This document shows, piece after piece, positions 23,536 to 36,345 of a stretch of 64,000 nt of DNA (position 1 is the stretch's first letter; each line of letters starts with the position of its first letter). Both the position numbers and the translations under genes were made by a program. The notes under the pieces were generated by a model. That model saw only the letters and a list, made by a program, of their open reading frames with translations. It had not been told where the DNA came from and did no database searches. The DNA is from Anaeramoeba ignava BMAN (Eukaryota; Protista; Anaeramoebae): assembly GCA_028826165.1 (NCBI GenBank), contig JAPDFW010000136.1, positions 868,001 to 932,000 on the forward strand. Direction: 5' to 3'.

Positions 23536-23579
23536 TTTTTTTTTAATTAAATTTTCTTTTTTTTCTTATTTTTTTTTTA

Positions 23580-25670
23580 AAAATTATATTATTTATATAT
23601 TATTTATTTAAAATATTTTATTTTAAATTATTTAATAAAAATATATTAATTTCTAAATAAATAATATATTAATAATTAATTATAATTTATTTTAAAATTA
23701 TTAAATAAATTAATTTATATTATTAAAATTATATTATTTTTATATTAATTATTTTTAATATTTTATTTATTTAAAATATTTTATTCCACTTTTTATTTAA
23801 TAAAAATATATTAATTTCTAAATAAATAATATATTAATAATTAATTATAATTTATTTTAAAATTATTAAATAAATTAATTTATATTATTAAAATTATATA
23901 TTATTTATATTTAATTATTTTATATTTTATTTTATTTAAAATATTTTATTTTTAAATTATTTAATAAAAATATATTAATTTCTAAATAAATAATCTATTA
24001 GTTAATTATAATTTATTCTAAAATTATTAAATAAATTGATTTATATTATTAAAATTATATTATTTAAATTAATTATTTTTATATTTTATTTATTTAAAAT
24101 ATTTTATTCTAAATTATTTAATAAAAATATATTAATTTCTAAATAAATAATCTATTATTAGTTAATTATAATTTATTCCAAAATTATTAAATAAATTAAT
24201 TTATATTATTAAAATTATATTATTTATATTAATTATTTTTATATTTTATTTATTTAAAATATTTTATTATTTAATAAAAATATATTAATTTCTAAATAAA
24301 TAATATATTAATAATTAATTATAATTTATTTTAAAATTATTAAATAAATTAATTTATTTTATCAAAATTATATTATTTATATTAATTATTTTTATATTTT
24401 ATTTATTTAAAAATATTTTATTCCACTTTTTATTTAATAAAAATATATTAATTTCTAAATAAATAATATATTAATAATTAATTATAATTTATTCCAAAAT
24501 TATTAAATAAATTGATTTATATTATTAAAATTATATTATTTATATTAATTATTTTTATATTTTATTTATTTAAAATATTTTATTCCCTTTTATTTAATAA
24601 AAATATATTAATTTCTAAATAAATAATATATTAATAATTAATTATGATTTATTCCAAAAATTATTAAATAAATTAATTTATATTATTAAAATTATATTAT
24701 TTATATTTATTATTTTTATATTTTATTTATTTAAAATATTTTATTCCACTTATTATTTAATAAAAATATAATAATTTCTAAATAAATAATCTATTATTAG
24801 TTAATTATGATTTATTCCAAAATTATTAAATGAATTAATTTATATTATCAAAATTATATTATTTATATTTAATTATTTTTATATTTTATTTATTTAAAAT
24901 ATTTTATTATTTAATAAAAATATAATAATTTTCTAAATAAATAATATATTAATAATTATTAATAATTTATTCCAAAATTATTAAATAAAATAATTTATAT
25001 TATTAAAATTATATTATTTATATTAATTATTTTTATATTTTATTTATTTAAAATATTTTATTCCACTTTTTATTTAATAAAAATATATTAATTTCTAAAT
25101 AAATAATCTATTATTAGTTAATTATAATTTATTCCAAAATTATTAAATAAATTAATTTATATTATTAAAATTATATTATTTATAATAATTATTTTTATAT
25201 TTTATTTATTTAAAATATTTTATTCTAAATTATTTAATAAAAATATATTAATTTCTAAATAAATAATCTATTATTAGTTAATTATAATTTATTCCAAAAT
25301 TATTAGATAAATTGATTTATTCGATTAAAAATTATATTATTTATATTAATTATTTTTATATTTTAATTATTTAAAATATTTTATTCCACTTTTTATTTAA
25401 TAAAAATATATTAATTTATAAATAAATAATATATTAATAATTATTAATAATTTATTCCAAAATTATTAAATAAATTAATTTATATTATTAAAATTATATT
25501 ATTTATATTAATTATTTTTATATTTTATTTATTTAAATTATTTTATTCCACTTTTTATTTAATAAAAATATATTAATTTATAAATAAATAATATATTAAT
25601 AATTAATTATTATTTATTTTAAAATTATTAAATAAATTGATTTATTCGATTAAAATTATATTTTTCCTAT
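23580..25670. repeat. ~160-bp satellite, about 13 copies, almost pure A/T
   Basis: TAATAAAAATATATTAATTTCTAAATAAATAAT recurs at about 152-165 bp spacing from about 23633 to 25560. Confidence 0.9.
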
Positions 25671-26159
25671 TTTTTTTTTTAATTTCTAAATAAATAATCA
25701 ACTTGATTAGATGAATCTTGATCTTATTGTTTAAACACATCTTTAAATAATTCATTTATCAAATTTTAAATAATTCATTTTCTAAGCTTTAAATAATTCA
25801 TTTATCAAATTTTAAAATTTATTTATCAAATTTTAAAATCTTTATTCATTTTTCATTTATTTAATTCAATTTTTTCATTTTAAACCAAAAAATTAAAACA
25901 AAGAAGAAAATCCAAAAATTTTAAGTGTGGGAAAAAGAACCAAATAAAAAGATAAAAAAATAAAAAGATAAAATTTAAAAGATAAAATTTAAAAGATAAA
26001 ATTTAAAAGATAAAATTTAAAAGATAAAAAAATAATCAGTGTTAAATTTTTTTTTTTTTTTTGGGGATCTCAATCAAAAATTTGAAGATTCATTTCTTTC
26101 TTTTGATTTTTTTTGTATTTTTTTTGTTTTTTTTTTTTTTTGATTTTTTTTTGTATAAA

Positions 26160-27646
26160 ATGATCAATTCAAAAAATGTTGGCAAAAAAAGGAAAGCCCA
26201 TTTTAAAATGGCAATAATTGGTGAAGAAAATGTGGGTCGAAAAACCATAATCTTGAGAGTTTGTGAAACAAAAGAAGTAGATAATAGGTTTGAAGAGTTG
26301 GGAAATCAATTTCAATTCAAGCAAATGAAAGGTCCTATTATTGATTTTACTTGGGAAATTTGGAAAGGACTTCCTGAACATTCAAGTTTGTTTTCAATAA
26401 ACCAAAAACAAATATAATATTATTAATATTGGATAATTTGGAAAAAAAAATTTTTACACTGATTGATTTTAAAGAATTTTTGCTTCATAAAAGAAAATTG
26501 ATTTAAATTGATCAACTAAAAACTAAAAACTAAAAACTAAAAACTAATAACAATGAATCTTATTTTTGAATTTTTTTTTTCTCATTAGATAATTTCAGAG
26601 GCGCAAATGGAATAATGATTGTTTATGATATCACAAATGAAAAATCTTTGACTAGAGTCAATTCTCTCTATCATAAATTGAGAGATTGGGAAAATGAAAA
26701 TGCTGAATTTGTTCTAATTGGAAATAAATGTGATTTGCAAAAGAAAAGAAAAATATCTTCTGAAAGGGGAAAAGCTCTTGCTGATGAATTGAAAATTCCC
26801 TTTTATGAAACATCAGCTAAAAAGGATATCAACCTCAAAGAGGCTTTCGATAATTTAATAATGAATTGTTTTGAAAGAAGTTTGCCTGACAAATTCATCA
26901 AGAACTTTGAAAACTTTTCATTGAGCGATGATTTGAGGCATTTATTAGAAAGAAAAGAGTTTTGTGATTTTGAAATTGAATGTCAAGATGACCGAAATCC
27001 ATTCAAGAAAATCACAATTCCAGTTCATAAATTAATCATCCAAACCAGATTGAAAATTAATGAAAATCAACTCAAAAACCAATTTTATTCCATTTTATAT
27101 CAAAATCCAAAAAAAAAAGTTGATGTTTTATTGAGATGGATTTATTATGGAAGAGTTTTGAATTCAAATTTGCTAATTTTTGAGGAATGGAAGAATAGAC
27201 TTTCAAATATTTCTACAGCCAATTTCAAAAAAGGAAAGAAGTATCTTGTTGAAGATTTAAAAAATCTAATGACACAAGAAGAAAATAAAGATTTTCAAAT
27301 CATTTCAAATGATCAAATTATTACTGTTCATAAGATAATCTTGATCGCAAGAAGTGAATTATTTAGAGGAATGTTTATGTATGTAACTGAAGATGAATCA
27401 AACCAAGTTCATGAATACAGTCATAAACAAACAGAAACTATGAAATCCTTGATTCATTTTTTTTATACTGATGAACTTCCTCAAACTAACAATCAAATAA
27501 TTTATCAAGAACTAAAGGAATTGCTTCTTTTTAATTTCTTTTTGTTTATTTTCAAATTTATCATGATAAAAGAAAATAAATTAATTGTTGAATTGTTTCA
27601 TTTGATTTTTTTGAATAATCATGAACTTGATTTGATGAATCATTAA
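26160..27646 (+). CDS. Degenerate Rab-like GTPase fused to two BTB domains, 2 exons; 3' end chimeric
   Basis: Exons 26160-26385 and 26589-27646 join in frame (HS|NNFRGANGIMIVYD). G4 GNKCD and G5 ETSAK present; BTB motifs DFEI..VHKLII and DFQI..VHKIILIARSELFRGMF. The last ~40 codons are antisense to an ANK-BTB gene end. Confidence 0.85.
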
Positions 27647-29794
27647 CATTTAATAAAAACATTCCTTTTTATATAATTCACTTCTTAATATTAATATTAA
27701 TTTATGAACTTTAATTTCTTTTTCATTCTGAAAAAATTATTGTAAAATCTTTTGTTTCATTTTGTTTGATATAATTTTGATAAATCTTCCCCCAATATTC
27801 CTTTTCTTCCTTTTTAGATTCAATCCAATTTGATCAAATCCAATTCTTTTTGAAAAATTTTTAATTTATTTTCTTTTTCATTTTCTTTTTTTTTTTGGAT
27901 TTTCATTTTTTTTTTTTTTGATTTTTCATAGTCAAAAAATCATCTGAATGAATTATGATTCTTAGATGATTGATGAATTTGATATTTTGTTTTTAATTTT
28001 TGTTTTTTCCAATCTTTTGTTTAATTTTGAAAAAAAATCTTCAAAATCAACAAATCCAGTATAAATGAAATTTAAAGCAATTTCAACTTCTTCTTTTGAT
28101 TTTTGTGAACAAATTTATTGATAAATTTTGATAAAATTGTTTCATTATTATCAAATCTTGTTAATAAAATTAATTTATGAACTTTGAATTTAAAAGAATC
28201 ATTTGATTGAATTTCAAAATCTGAAAAATTATCTTCATTTGATTTTAATAAATTGTTTAAATCTTGATTAATTGAATAAACTTGATTAATAAATTTCAAA
28301 AATTTTTGATAAATTAAAATTTTAATAAAAATCAAAAGGATTTGCATTATTCATTAATAATAAAAATTGAGCAACTTTTTCTTTTTGATCATTTCTGATT
28401 GCATAATATAAAGGAGTTTTATTTTTATTATTCTTGGTATCAACATCTGCTCCATTTTCAATGAGAAATTGAATAATTTCAATTGAATCACTTTTATTTT
28501 CATTTTGACAAATTAAATGCAAAGCATTTTCATTATTAATTGTGGTGGCATTGGCATTTGAACCTTTTGAAACAAGAAATTTGATAACTTCAAATGGATA
28601 TTTTTCATCACAAGCATAATGCAAAACTGTTTCTTGATCTTTGTTTTTGACATTGATATCTGCTCCTTTTGAAACAAGATATTTAATAGCTTCAAATAAA
28701 TTCTCATTTTTATTTGGATTAACAAAAAGAAAATGCAATAGAGTTTCTTTATAATTATTTTTGGCATTGATATCTGCTCCTTTTGAAACAAGATATTTAA
28801 TAATTTCAAGTAAATTTTCATTTTGACTTTGACAAATAAAATGAAAAAGTGTTTCTTTATAATTATTTTTGGCATTGATATCTGCTCCTTTTGAAACAAG
28901 AAATTGGATAATTTCAAATGAATTTTGATTTGGATTTTTACCAATTAAATGTAATGGAGTTTCTTTATAATAATTTTCAATATTAATATCTGCTCCTTTT
29001 TCAATGAAAAATTGAATAATTTCAAATAATTTTCAAAGAATTTTTATTTTGACTTTGACAAATTAAGTGTAATGGAGTTTCTTTATAATTATTTTTGGCA
29101 TTGATATCTGCTCCTTTTTCAATGAAAAATTGAATAATTTCAAATGAATTTTGATTTATATTTTTACAAATTAAATGTAAAATTGTTTCTTGATTTTCAT
29201 TTTTGGCATTGATATCTGCTTTTTTTGAAACAAGAAATTTAATAATTTCAAATGAATTTTCATTTATATTTTGCAAAGCAAAAGATGTAATGGAGGTTCT
29301 CTTTTTGAAACAAGAAATTAATAATTTCAAATGAATTTTGATTTAATTTTTACAAATTAAATGTAAATAAAGTTTTTTTTTTTTGTTTTTTATTTTGCAT
29401 TTTTGCTTTTTCAATTAAAATTTTTAATTTTTTTTTGAAGAAATTTAATAATGAAAAATGAATTTAATGATGTTTTCAATTTTTTTTGGCAAAATTAAAT
29501 TTAAAATTAAATCAAAAAATTTTAATTTTTGATAATTCTTTAAATTTTTATTTATTAATATAAAAATTTCCATTTGAAACAAAGAAATTTAATTTTAAAT
29601 TTCAATTTTTGAATTTTTCATTTTATTTTTGCAAATTAAAATAAATTGTTTTTAAATTTTTATTAAATTTTAAATTTCAAAAAAAATGAAAAATTAATTA
29701 ATTTTTAATTTTTTTAAATTAAATTAATTTTTTTAAATCAAAAATTTGATTTAATTAAAATCTTTTAATTTTTCTTTAAATTTTTTCTTCCCAT
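27522..29794 (-). pseudogene. ANK-BTB-BTB copy 1, multiply frameshifted and 3'-truncated
   Basis: ORF fragments 29022-29330, 28322-28738 and 28072-28347 carry GADIN/ETPLH and FKVHKLILLTRFDN motifs. Confidence 0.75.
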
Positions 29795-29830
29795 TTTTAT
29801 TTTCATTTTCAAATTTAAAATAAAGAAAAA

Positions 29831-32128
29831 TTAAAAATAAATTAAATCAATAATTGAATTTTGATTTAATTGATAATAATCTTTTAAATCTGAAAATTCT
29901 TCTTGAGTTTCTTTTGGAATTTCATTTTCAAATTTATCATGATAAAGAAAATAAATTAATTCTTGAATTGTTTTAAATGATTTTTTTGAATAATCATGAA
30001 CTTGATTTGATGAATCTTGAACATTTAATTGAAACATTCCTTTATATAATTCACTTCTTATTATTAATATTAATTTATGAACTTTAATTTCTTTTTCTTT
30101 TTCTTCTTTAATAATTGTAAAAATCTTTTGTTTCATTTTGTTGATATAATTTTGATAAATCTTCCAATATTCCTTTTCTTCCTTTTTTAGATTCAATCCA
30201 ATTTGAATCAAATCCAATTTCTTTGAAAAAATTTTTTTTTTATTTTTTTTCATTTTTTTCATTTTTTTTTTTTCATTTTTTTTTTATTTTTTCTGAAATT
30301 TTTGAATTTATTTCAAAAATTCAATTTTTTTTTTTCAAATTTGAAATTTTTGATTTTTTTTTTTTTTATAATTTTTTTTGATTTTTAATTTATAATTAAA
30401 TTTTTGTTTTTCAACTATTTTATTTTATCAATTTTTGAAGAAAATAATCAAAATTAGGAAAACCAGTATAAATGAAATTTAAAGCAATTTCAACTTCTTC
30501 TTTTGATTTTTGTGAACAAATTTCAATAAATTTTGATAAAATTGATTGATTATTATCAAATCTTGTTAATAAAATTAATTTATGAACTTTAAATTTAAAA
30601 GAATCATTTGATTGAATTTCAAAATCTGAAAAATTATCTTCATTTGATTTTAGTAAATTGTTTAAATCTTGAATAATTGAATAAATTTGTTTCAACATTT
30701 CAAAAACTTCTTTTGATAAATTATATTTCAATAAATCAAAAGGATTTGCATTATTCATTAATAAGAATTGAATTAATTTTTCATTTTTTCTTTGATTTTG
30801 AATACAAGTGAAAATTATTTTTTTTTTTTTGGCATTTGATATCTGTTCCTTTTGAAACAAGATTTCAAACAAAAACTGATTTAAAATTTTACAAATTAAA
30901 ATAAATTAAATTCTTTTGGATTTTTTTATTGATTTTTGACAAATTTTAAATGAAAAATTTTTGTTTCTTCATTTTTTTTTTTCATTAATATCTGCTCCTT
31001 TGAAAATAAATAAGATATTTTTTATTTGAAATTGAATCTGCACCATTTTGAAATGAGAAAAAATATTTTTCAATTTCATTTTGATTTTGATTTGATTTTG
31101 ACAAATTAAATGTAAAAGGTTTTTCTTGTTTAATATTTGTTTTGGCATTGATATCTGCTCCATTTTGAATTAAAAAATTTAATAATTTCAAATGAATTTT
31201 GATTTTTTTTTTTTTTTGACAAAATTAAATGTAAAAGGTTTTTTTTATATTTTTTTTTTTTGGCATTGATATCTGCTCCTTTTGAAACAAGAAATTGAAT
31301 AATTTCAAATGAATTTTTTGATTTTTTTGAATTTTGACAAATTAAAATGTAAAGAAGTTTGTTTTCATTTTATTTTTTGCATTAATATCTTTTCCTTTTC
31401 AAGAAAAAAATTTAATAAAAATCTTTAATTTTTTTTTTTGATTTTTTGACAAATTAAATGTAAAATGTGTTTTTCTTGATTAGAATTTTTGGCATTGATA
31501 TCTGCTCCGTTTTTGAAACAAGAATTTAAATTTTCAAATGTTTTTCATTTTTTGATTTTGACAAATTAAATGTAATGGTGAGTTTCTATTTTTTCATTTT
31601 TGGCATTAACATCTGCTCCTTTTTGAAACAAAAAAATTGAATCATTTCAAATAAATTTTCATTTTCATTTTTTTTATTTTTTTGACAAATTAAATAAAAT
31701 GATGTTTCTTCAAAAATTTTTTTCCAATTAATAATTTCAAATAAATTTGTAATTTGATTTTGACTTTGATTTTGACAAATTAAATGTAATGGTGTTTGTT
31801 TATAAGTTTTGTGTTTTGGCATTGATATCTGCTCCACCTTTTTCAATTAAAAATTTAATAATTTCAAATGAATTTTCATTTTGATTTTGACAAATTAAAT
31901 GTAAAGGGTTTTGCCTTCTTTTTTGTTTTGGCATTGATATATCTCTTTTTCCTTTTTAAAATTAAAAATTTTTTAATAATTTTTTTTGAATTTTCTGTTA
32001 AATTTTTATTTTGACAAATTAAATGTAAAATTGTTTCCTTGAAATTAAATTTTTGAAATTAATTTTTAATATCTTTAATTGAATTTTTCACAAGCAATAA
32101 ATTTTTTTTTTTGAATTTTTTGTCCCAT
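29831..32128 (-). pseudogene. ANK-BTB-BTB copy 2, heavily frameshifted
   Basis: Fragments 31586-31846, 30985-31191, 30420-30872 and 29831-30262; ATGGGACAA start at 32128. Confidence 0.75.
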
Positions 32129-32169
32129 TTTTATTTTTAAAAAAATGAAAAATGAAAAATGAAAAATTT

Positions 32170-32450
32170 AAAATTTTTTAAAAAATCAATAATTGAATTT
32201 TGATTTAATTGATAATAATCTTTTAAATCTGAAAAAATTCTTTTTTTTAATTTTTTTTTTTTTTTTCAAATTTATCATGATAAAGAAAATAAATTAATTG
32301 TTGAATTGTTTCATTTGATTTTTTTGAATAATCATGAACTTGATTTGATGAATCTCGAACATTTAATTGAAAAATTCCTTTATATAATTCACTTCTTAAT
32401 ATTAATATTAATTTATGAATTTTAATTTTTTTTTCTTCATAATAAAGAAA
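32170..32450 (-). pseudogene. Isolated C-terminal BTB fragment of the ANK-BTB family (copy 3)
   Basis: Matches the conserved HKLILILRSELYKG...DSSNQVHDYSKKSNETIQQL...DYYQLNQNSIID block. Confidence 0.7.
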
Positions 32451-32552
32451 ATAAATAATTTTAATTGTTTCAAATTTTTTTTTAATTTTTAAAAATTATT
32501 CAAAATAAAATAAATTTCCTTTAAAACATTTTAATAATAAAATAAAATTATA

Positions 32553-34512
32553 TTAAAATTTCTTTGAAAAGAAATTTGGGACAAAAAAAAAATTTTTGAT
32601 CTTGTAAGAAATAGGATATTTAGGTTCTTCAAATGTTTTTGGATTGAAATCATTAAAAATTAAATCAATTATGGAATTTTCGTTTAATTGATAATAATCT
32701 TTCAAATCATCAAATTCTTCATTAATTGTTGTTCCTTTATCAAATTTATCATGATAAAGAAAATAAACTAATTGTTTAATTGTTTCAAATGATTTCCCTG
32801 TATAATCATGAACTTGATTTGATGTGTCTTGGACATTTAATTGAAACATTGCTTTAAATAATTCACTTCTTGAAAATAATATTAATTTATGAACTTTAAT
32901 TTGTTTTTCAATTTGTTTTTCAATTTGTTTTTCAATTTGTTTTTGTTTTTCATTTTCATTTTCATTTAAATTTAAATTTTCGTTTTGATTTTGATTCCAT
33001 ATTATTGTAAAATCTTTTGTTGATTCTGCTTTATATAACTTATCTAAATCTTCCAATATTCCTTTTCTTCCTTGAATTTTTAATTGATTCCATTTTGATT
33101 TTAATCATCGCAAAATAAATTTTTGAACAGTTTTTTTTGATCTTTTATTTATTATTTTCTTTATAATTACTTTTTTTTCATTTTCAATTTTTTTGTTTTG
33201 AGTTACACTTGCAAGTTGATTGATAAATTTTTGTAATTGTTCAAAATCAGGAAATCCAGTATAAATGAAATTTAAAGCAATTTCAACATCTTCTTTTGAC
33301 TTTCGTTTACAGATATTGATAAATTTTTGTAAATTTGTTTCATTATTATCAAATCTTGTTAAAAAAATTAATTTATGAACTTGAAATTTGGAATAATCAT
33401 TTGATTGAATTTCTAAATCTGAAAAATTATCATTTGAATTTAATAAATTGTTTAAATCTTCAATAATTGAATAAATTGGAATCAATAAATCAATATTTCT
33501 TTTTGAAATTCGATCACTTTTTAAATCAAAAGGATCTGCATTATTTATTAATAAAATTTTGATAATTTTTTGATTTGGTTTTTGAGGTTCAATTAAAAAT
33601 GAAATAGGACTTTGTAGATAGTTATTTTTGGCATTAACATCTGCTCCATTTGAAATAAAAAATTGAATAATACCAAACGAATTTGTATTTTGATTTTTGC
33701 TTTGACAACTAAAATGAAAAGGTGTTTCTCTCTCTTTATTTTTGGCATTGATATCTGCACCTTTTGAAACAAGAAATTTGATAATTTCAAATGCATTTTG
33801 ATTTTTGTTTTGACAAATTGAATGTAACGCAGTTTGATAATTATGCTTTGTTTTGGCATTGATATCTGCTCCATTTAAAACAAGAAATTTGATAATTTCA
33901 AATTGAATTTTGATTGTGATGTTGATTTTGACAAATAAAATGTAAAGGAGTTTCTTCTTTTTCAGTTTTGGCATTAACATCTGCTCTTTTTGAAATGAGA
34001 AATTTAGTCATTTCAAGTGAATTTGTATTTATATTCTGACTTTGACAAATTAAATGTAAAACTGTTTCTTGATTTTTGTTTTTGGCATTAACATCTGCTC
34101 CTTTTTCAATGAGAAATTTAACAATTTCAATTAAAATTTGACTTCGATATTGATAAATTAAATGTAACGGAATTTGTTGATTATTCTTTATGTTGAGATT
34201 TAAATTCACTCTTTGGGGAGCCATAACACCAAGTTTAATTGAATTTTCGTTGATTCTTTTAAAAATTAAATGCAAAGAAGTTTCTTGATTGTTATTTTTG
34301 ACATTAATATCTGCTCCATTTGAAACAAGAAATTTAATAATTTGAAATGAATTTTCATTTAGATTTTGATTTTGACAAGCAATAAACAAAGGTGTTTCTC
34401 CATTTTCATTTTTGGGATTGAGATCTACTTTTTTTGAAATTAATTTTTGAATATCTTCAATTGAATTTTGTTCACAAGCAATAAATAATTTTTTTGAACT
34501 TGATTGACCCAT
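32553..34512 (-). CDS. ANK-BTB-BTB copy 4, two apparent frameshifts
   Basis: ORFs 33898-34512 (MGQSSS), 33105-33980 and 32553-33056 tile one gene. Confidence 0.75.
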
Positions 34513-34570
34513 TTATTTATTTTTTTATTTATGAAAAAAATGGAAAAATGAAAAAAATGAAAAAAAAATT

Positions 34571-36307
34571 CTAAATTAAATCTTTTAAAAATAAATCAAT
34601 TATTGAATTTTCATTTAATTGATAATAATCTTTCAAATCTTCAAATTCTTCAATCATTTTAGAATTAATTTTAGAATTAATTTCTTTTTCCTCATCGTGA
34701 TAAAGAAAATAGATTAATTGTTGAATTGTTTCATTTGATTTTTTTGAATAATCATGAACTTGATTTGATGAATCATTAACACTTAAAAACATTCCTTTAT
34801 ATACTTCACTTCTTAATATTAATATTAATTTATGGACTTTAATTTCTTTTTCTTCTGAAATAATAATTGTAAAATCTTTATTTTGATTTTCTTCATATAA
34901 TTTATGTAAATCTTCTAATATTCCTTTTCTTCCTTTTTTAGATTCAATCCAATTTGAATCAAATCCAATTTCTTTGAAAAATTCTTTTAATTTATTTTCT
35001 GAAGAACGTTCTTTTTTTTTTAAATCTTCTTTTTTTGTTGAAATTAATTGTTGTTCTTTTTTTGTTTTAGAATAAAATGAATCTGTTATTTTTTTTAAAA
35101 ATTCAATTTGTTGATTGAAAATTTCAAAATCAGGAAATCCAGTATAAATGAAATTTAAAGCAATTTCAACATCTTCTTTTGACTTTCGTTTACAGATATT
35201 GATAAATTTTTGTAAATTTGTTTGATTATTATCAAATCTTGTTAATAAAATTAATCTATGAACTTGAAATTTAAAAGAATCAATTGATTGAATTTCTAAA
35301 TCTGAAAAATTATCATTTGATTTTAATAAATTGATTAAATCTTGATTGATTGAATAAATTTGAATTAATAAATCAATAAATTCTTTTGGAAATAAATTTA
35401 TATTTGAATGGAAAAGATTTGCACCATTCAATAATAAAATCCTAATAACTTTTTGATTTTGATTTTGAATTGCAAGGGAAAGTGGAGTTTGATAGTATGA
35501 TGTTCGGGTATTTAAATTAGCTCCATTTAAAACAAGAAACTTAACAATCTCAAATGAATTTTCATTTTGGTTTTGGTTGTGGTTTTTACAAATTAAATGT
35601 AAAGGAGTTTCATTATAAAGCTTTGATTTTAAATTAATATTTGCACCATTTGAAACAAGATATTTGATAATTTCAAATGAATTTTGATTTCTATTTTGAT
35701 ATTCATTTTTACAAATTAGATGTAAAGCTGTTTCTTGATTTTTATCTTTTATATTAACACCTGTTCCATTTGAAACAAGATATTTGATAATTTCAATTGA
35801 GTATTCGTTTCTATTTTGATTTTGACAGACTAAATGTAATGGTGTTTGTTGCTTATTTCCTGTTTTTGAATTGATATCTGCACGTTTCGAAACAAGATAT
35901 TTAATAATTTCAACTGAATTCTCATTCGGATTTTCATTGCGACAAATTAAATGTAATGGATTTTCTTGAGTATATCCTGTTTTGACATTGATATCTGCTC
36001 CTTTCTCTGAAACAAGATATTGAATAATTTCAACTGAATATTGACTTTGATTTGAAATTTGACAAATTAAATGTAAAGGAGTTTCTTGATGTTTATTTTT
36101 GACATTAATACCTGCTCCATTTTCAATTAAAAGTTTAATAATTTGAAGCGAATTTTCATTTATATTTTGACAAATAATATGTAATGGAGTTTCTCCCTCA
36201 AAATTTGTAATATTGATATCAATTCTTTGTGAAATTAGTTTTTGAATATTTTCAAGTGAATTTTGTTCACAAAAAATAAATAATTTTTTTGAATTTGTTT
36301 GATCCAT
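34571..36307 (-). CDS. ANK-BTB-BTB copy 5, intact, 578 aa
   Basis: About 8 ankyrin repeats followed by two BTB domains. Confidence 0.92.
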   Translation of the reverse strand: MDQTNSKKLFIFCEQNSLENIQKLISQRIDINITNFEGETPLHIICQNINENSLQIIKLLIENGAGINVKNKHQETPLHLICQISNQSQYSVEIIQYLVSEKGADINVKTGYTQENPLHLICRNENPNENSVEIIKYLVSKRADINSKTGNKQQTPLHLVCQNQNRNEYSIEIIKYLVSNGTGVNIKDKNQETALHLICKNEYQNRNQNSFEIIKYLVSNGANINLKSKLYNETPLHLICKNHNQNQNENSFEIVKFLVLNGANLNTRTSYYQTPLSLAIQNQNQKVIRILLLNGANLFHSNINLFPKEFIDLLIQIYSINQDLINLLKSNDNFSDLEIQSIDSFKFQVHRLILLTRFDNNQTNLQKFINICKRKSKEDVEIALNFIYTGFPDFEIFNQQIEFLKKITDSFYSKTKKEQQLISTKKEDLKKKERSSENKLKEFFKEIGFDSNWIESKKGRKGILEDLHKLYEENQNKDFTIIISEEKEIKVHKLILILRSEVYKGMFLSVNDSSNQVHDYSKKSNETIQQLIYFLYHDEEKEINSKINSKMIEEFEDLKDYYQLNENSIIDLFLKDLI

Positions 36308-36345
36308 TTATTTATTTTTGAAAATGAAAAATGAAAAATGAATTT
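36308..36345 (-). promoter_or_regulatory. 38-nt conserved intergenic element (TAA-AAATTCATTTTTCATTTTTCATTTTCAAAAATAAATAA-ATG); putative 3'-processing signal plus Inr-like promoter
   Basis: The same element lies at 34513-34570, 40094-40146, 41566-41606, 43830-43866, 45565-45599 and 46841-46877. Function is inferred. Confidence 0.55.

Noticed and set aside
23580-25670. Possible CRISPR-like array
   Set aside because: The whole unit is repeated with no unique spacers; eukaryotic context and no cas genes.
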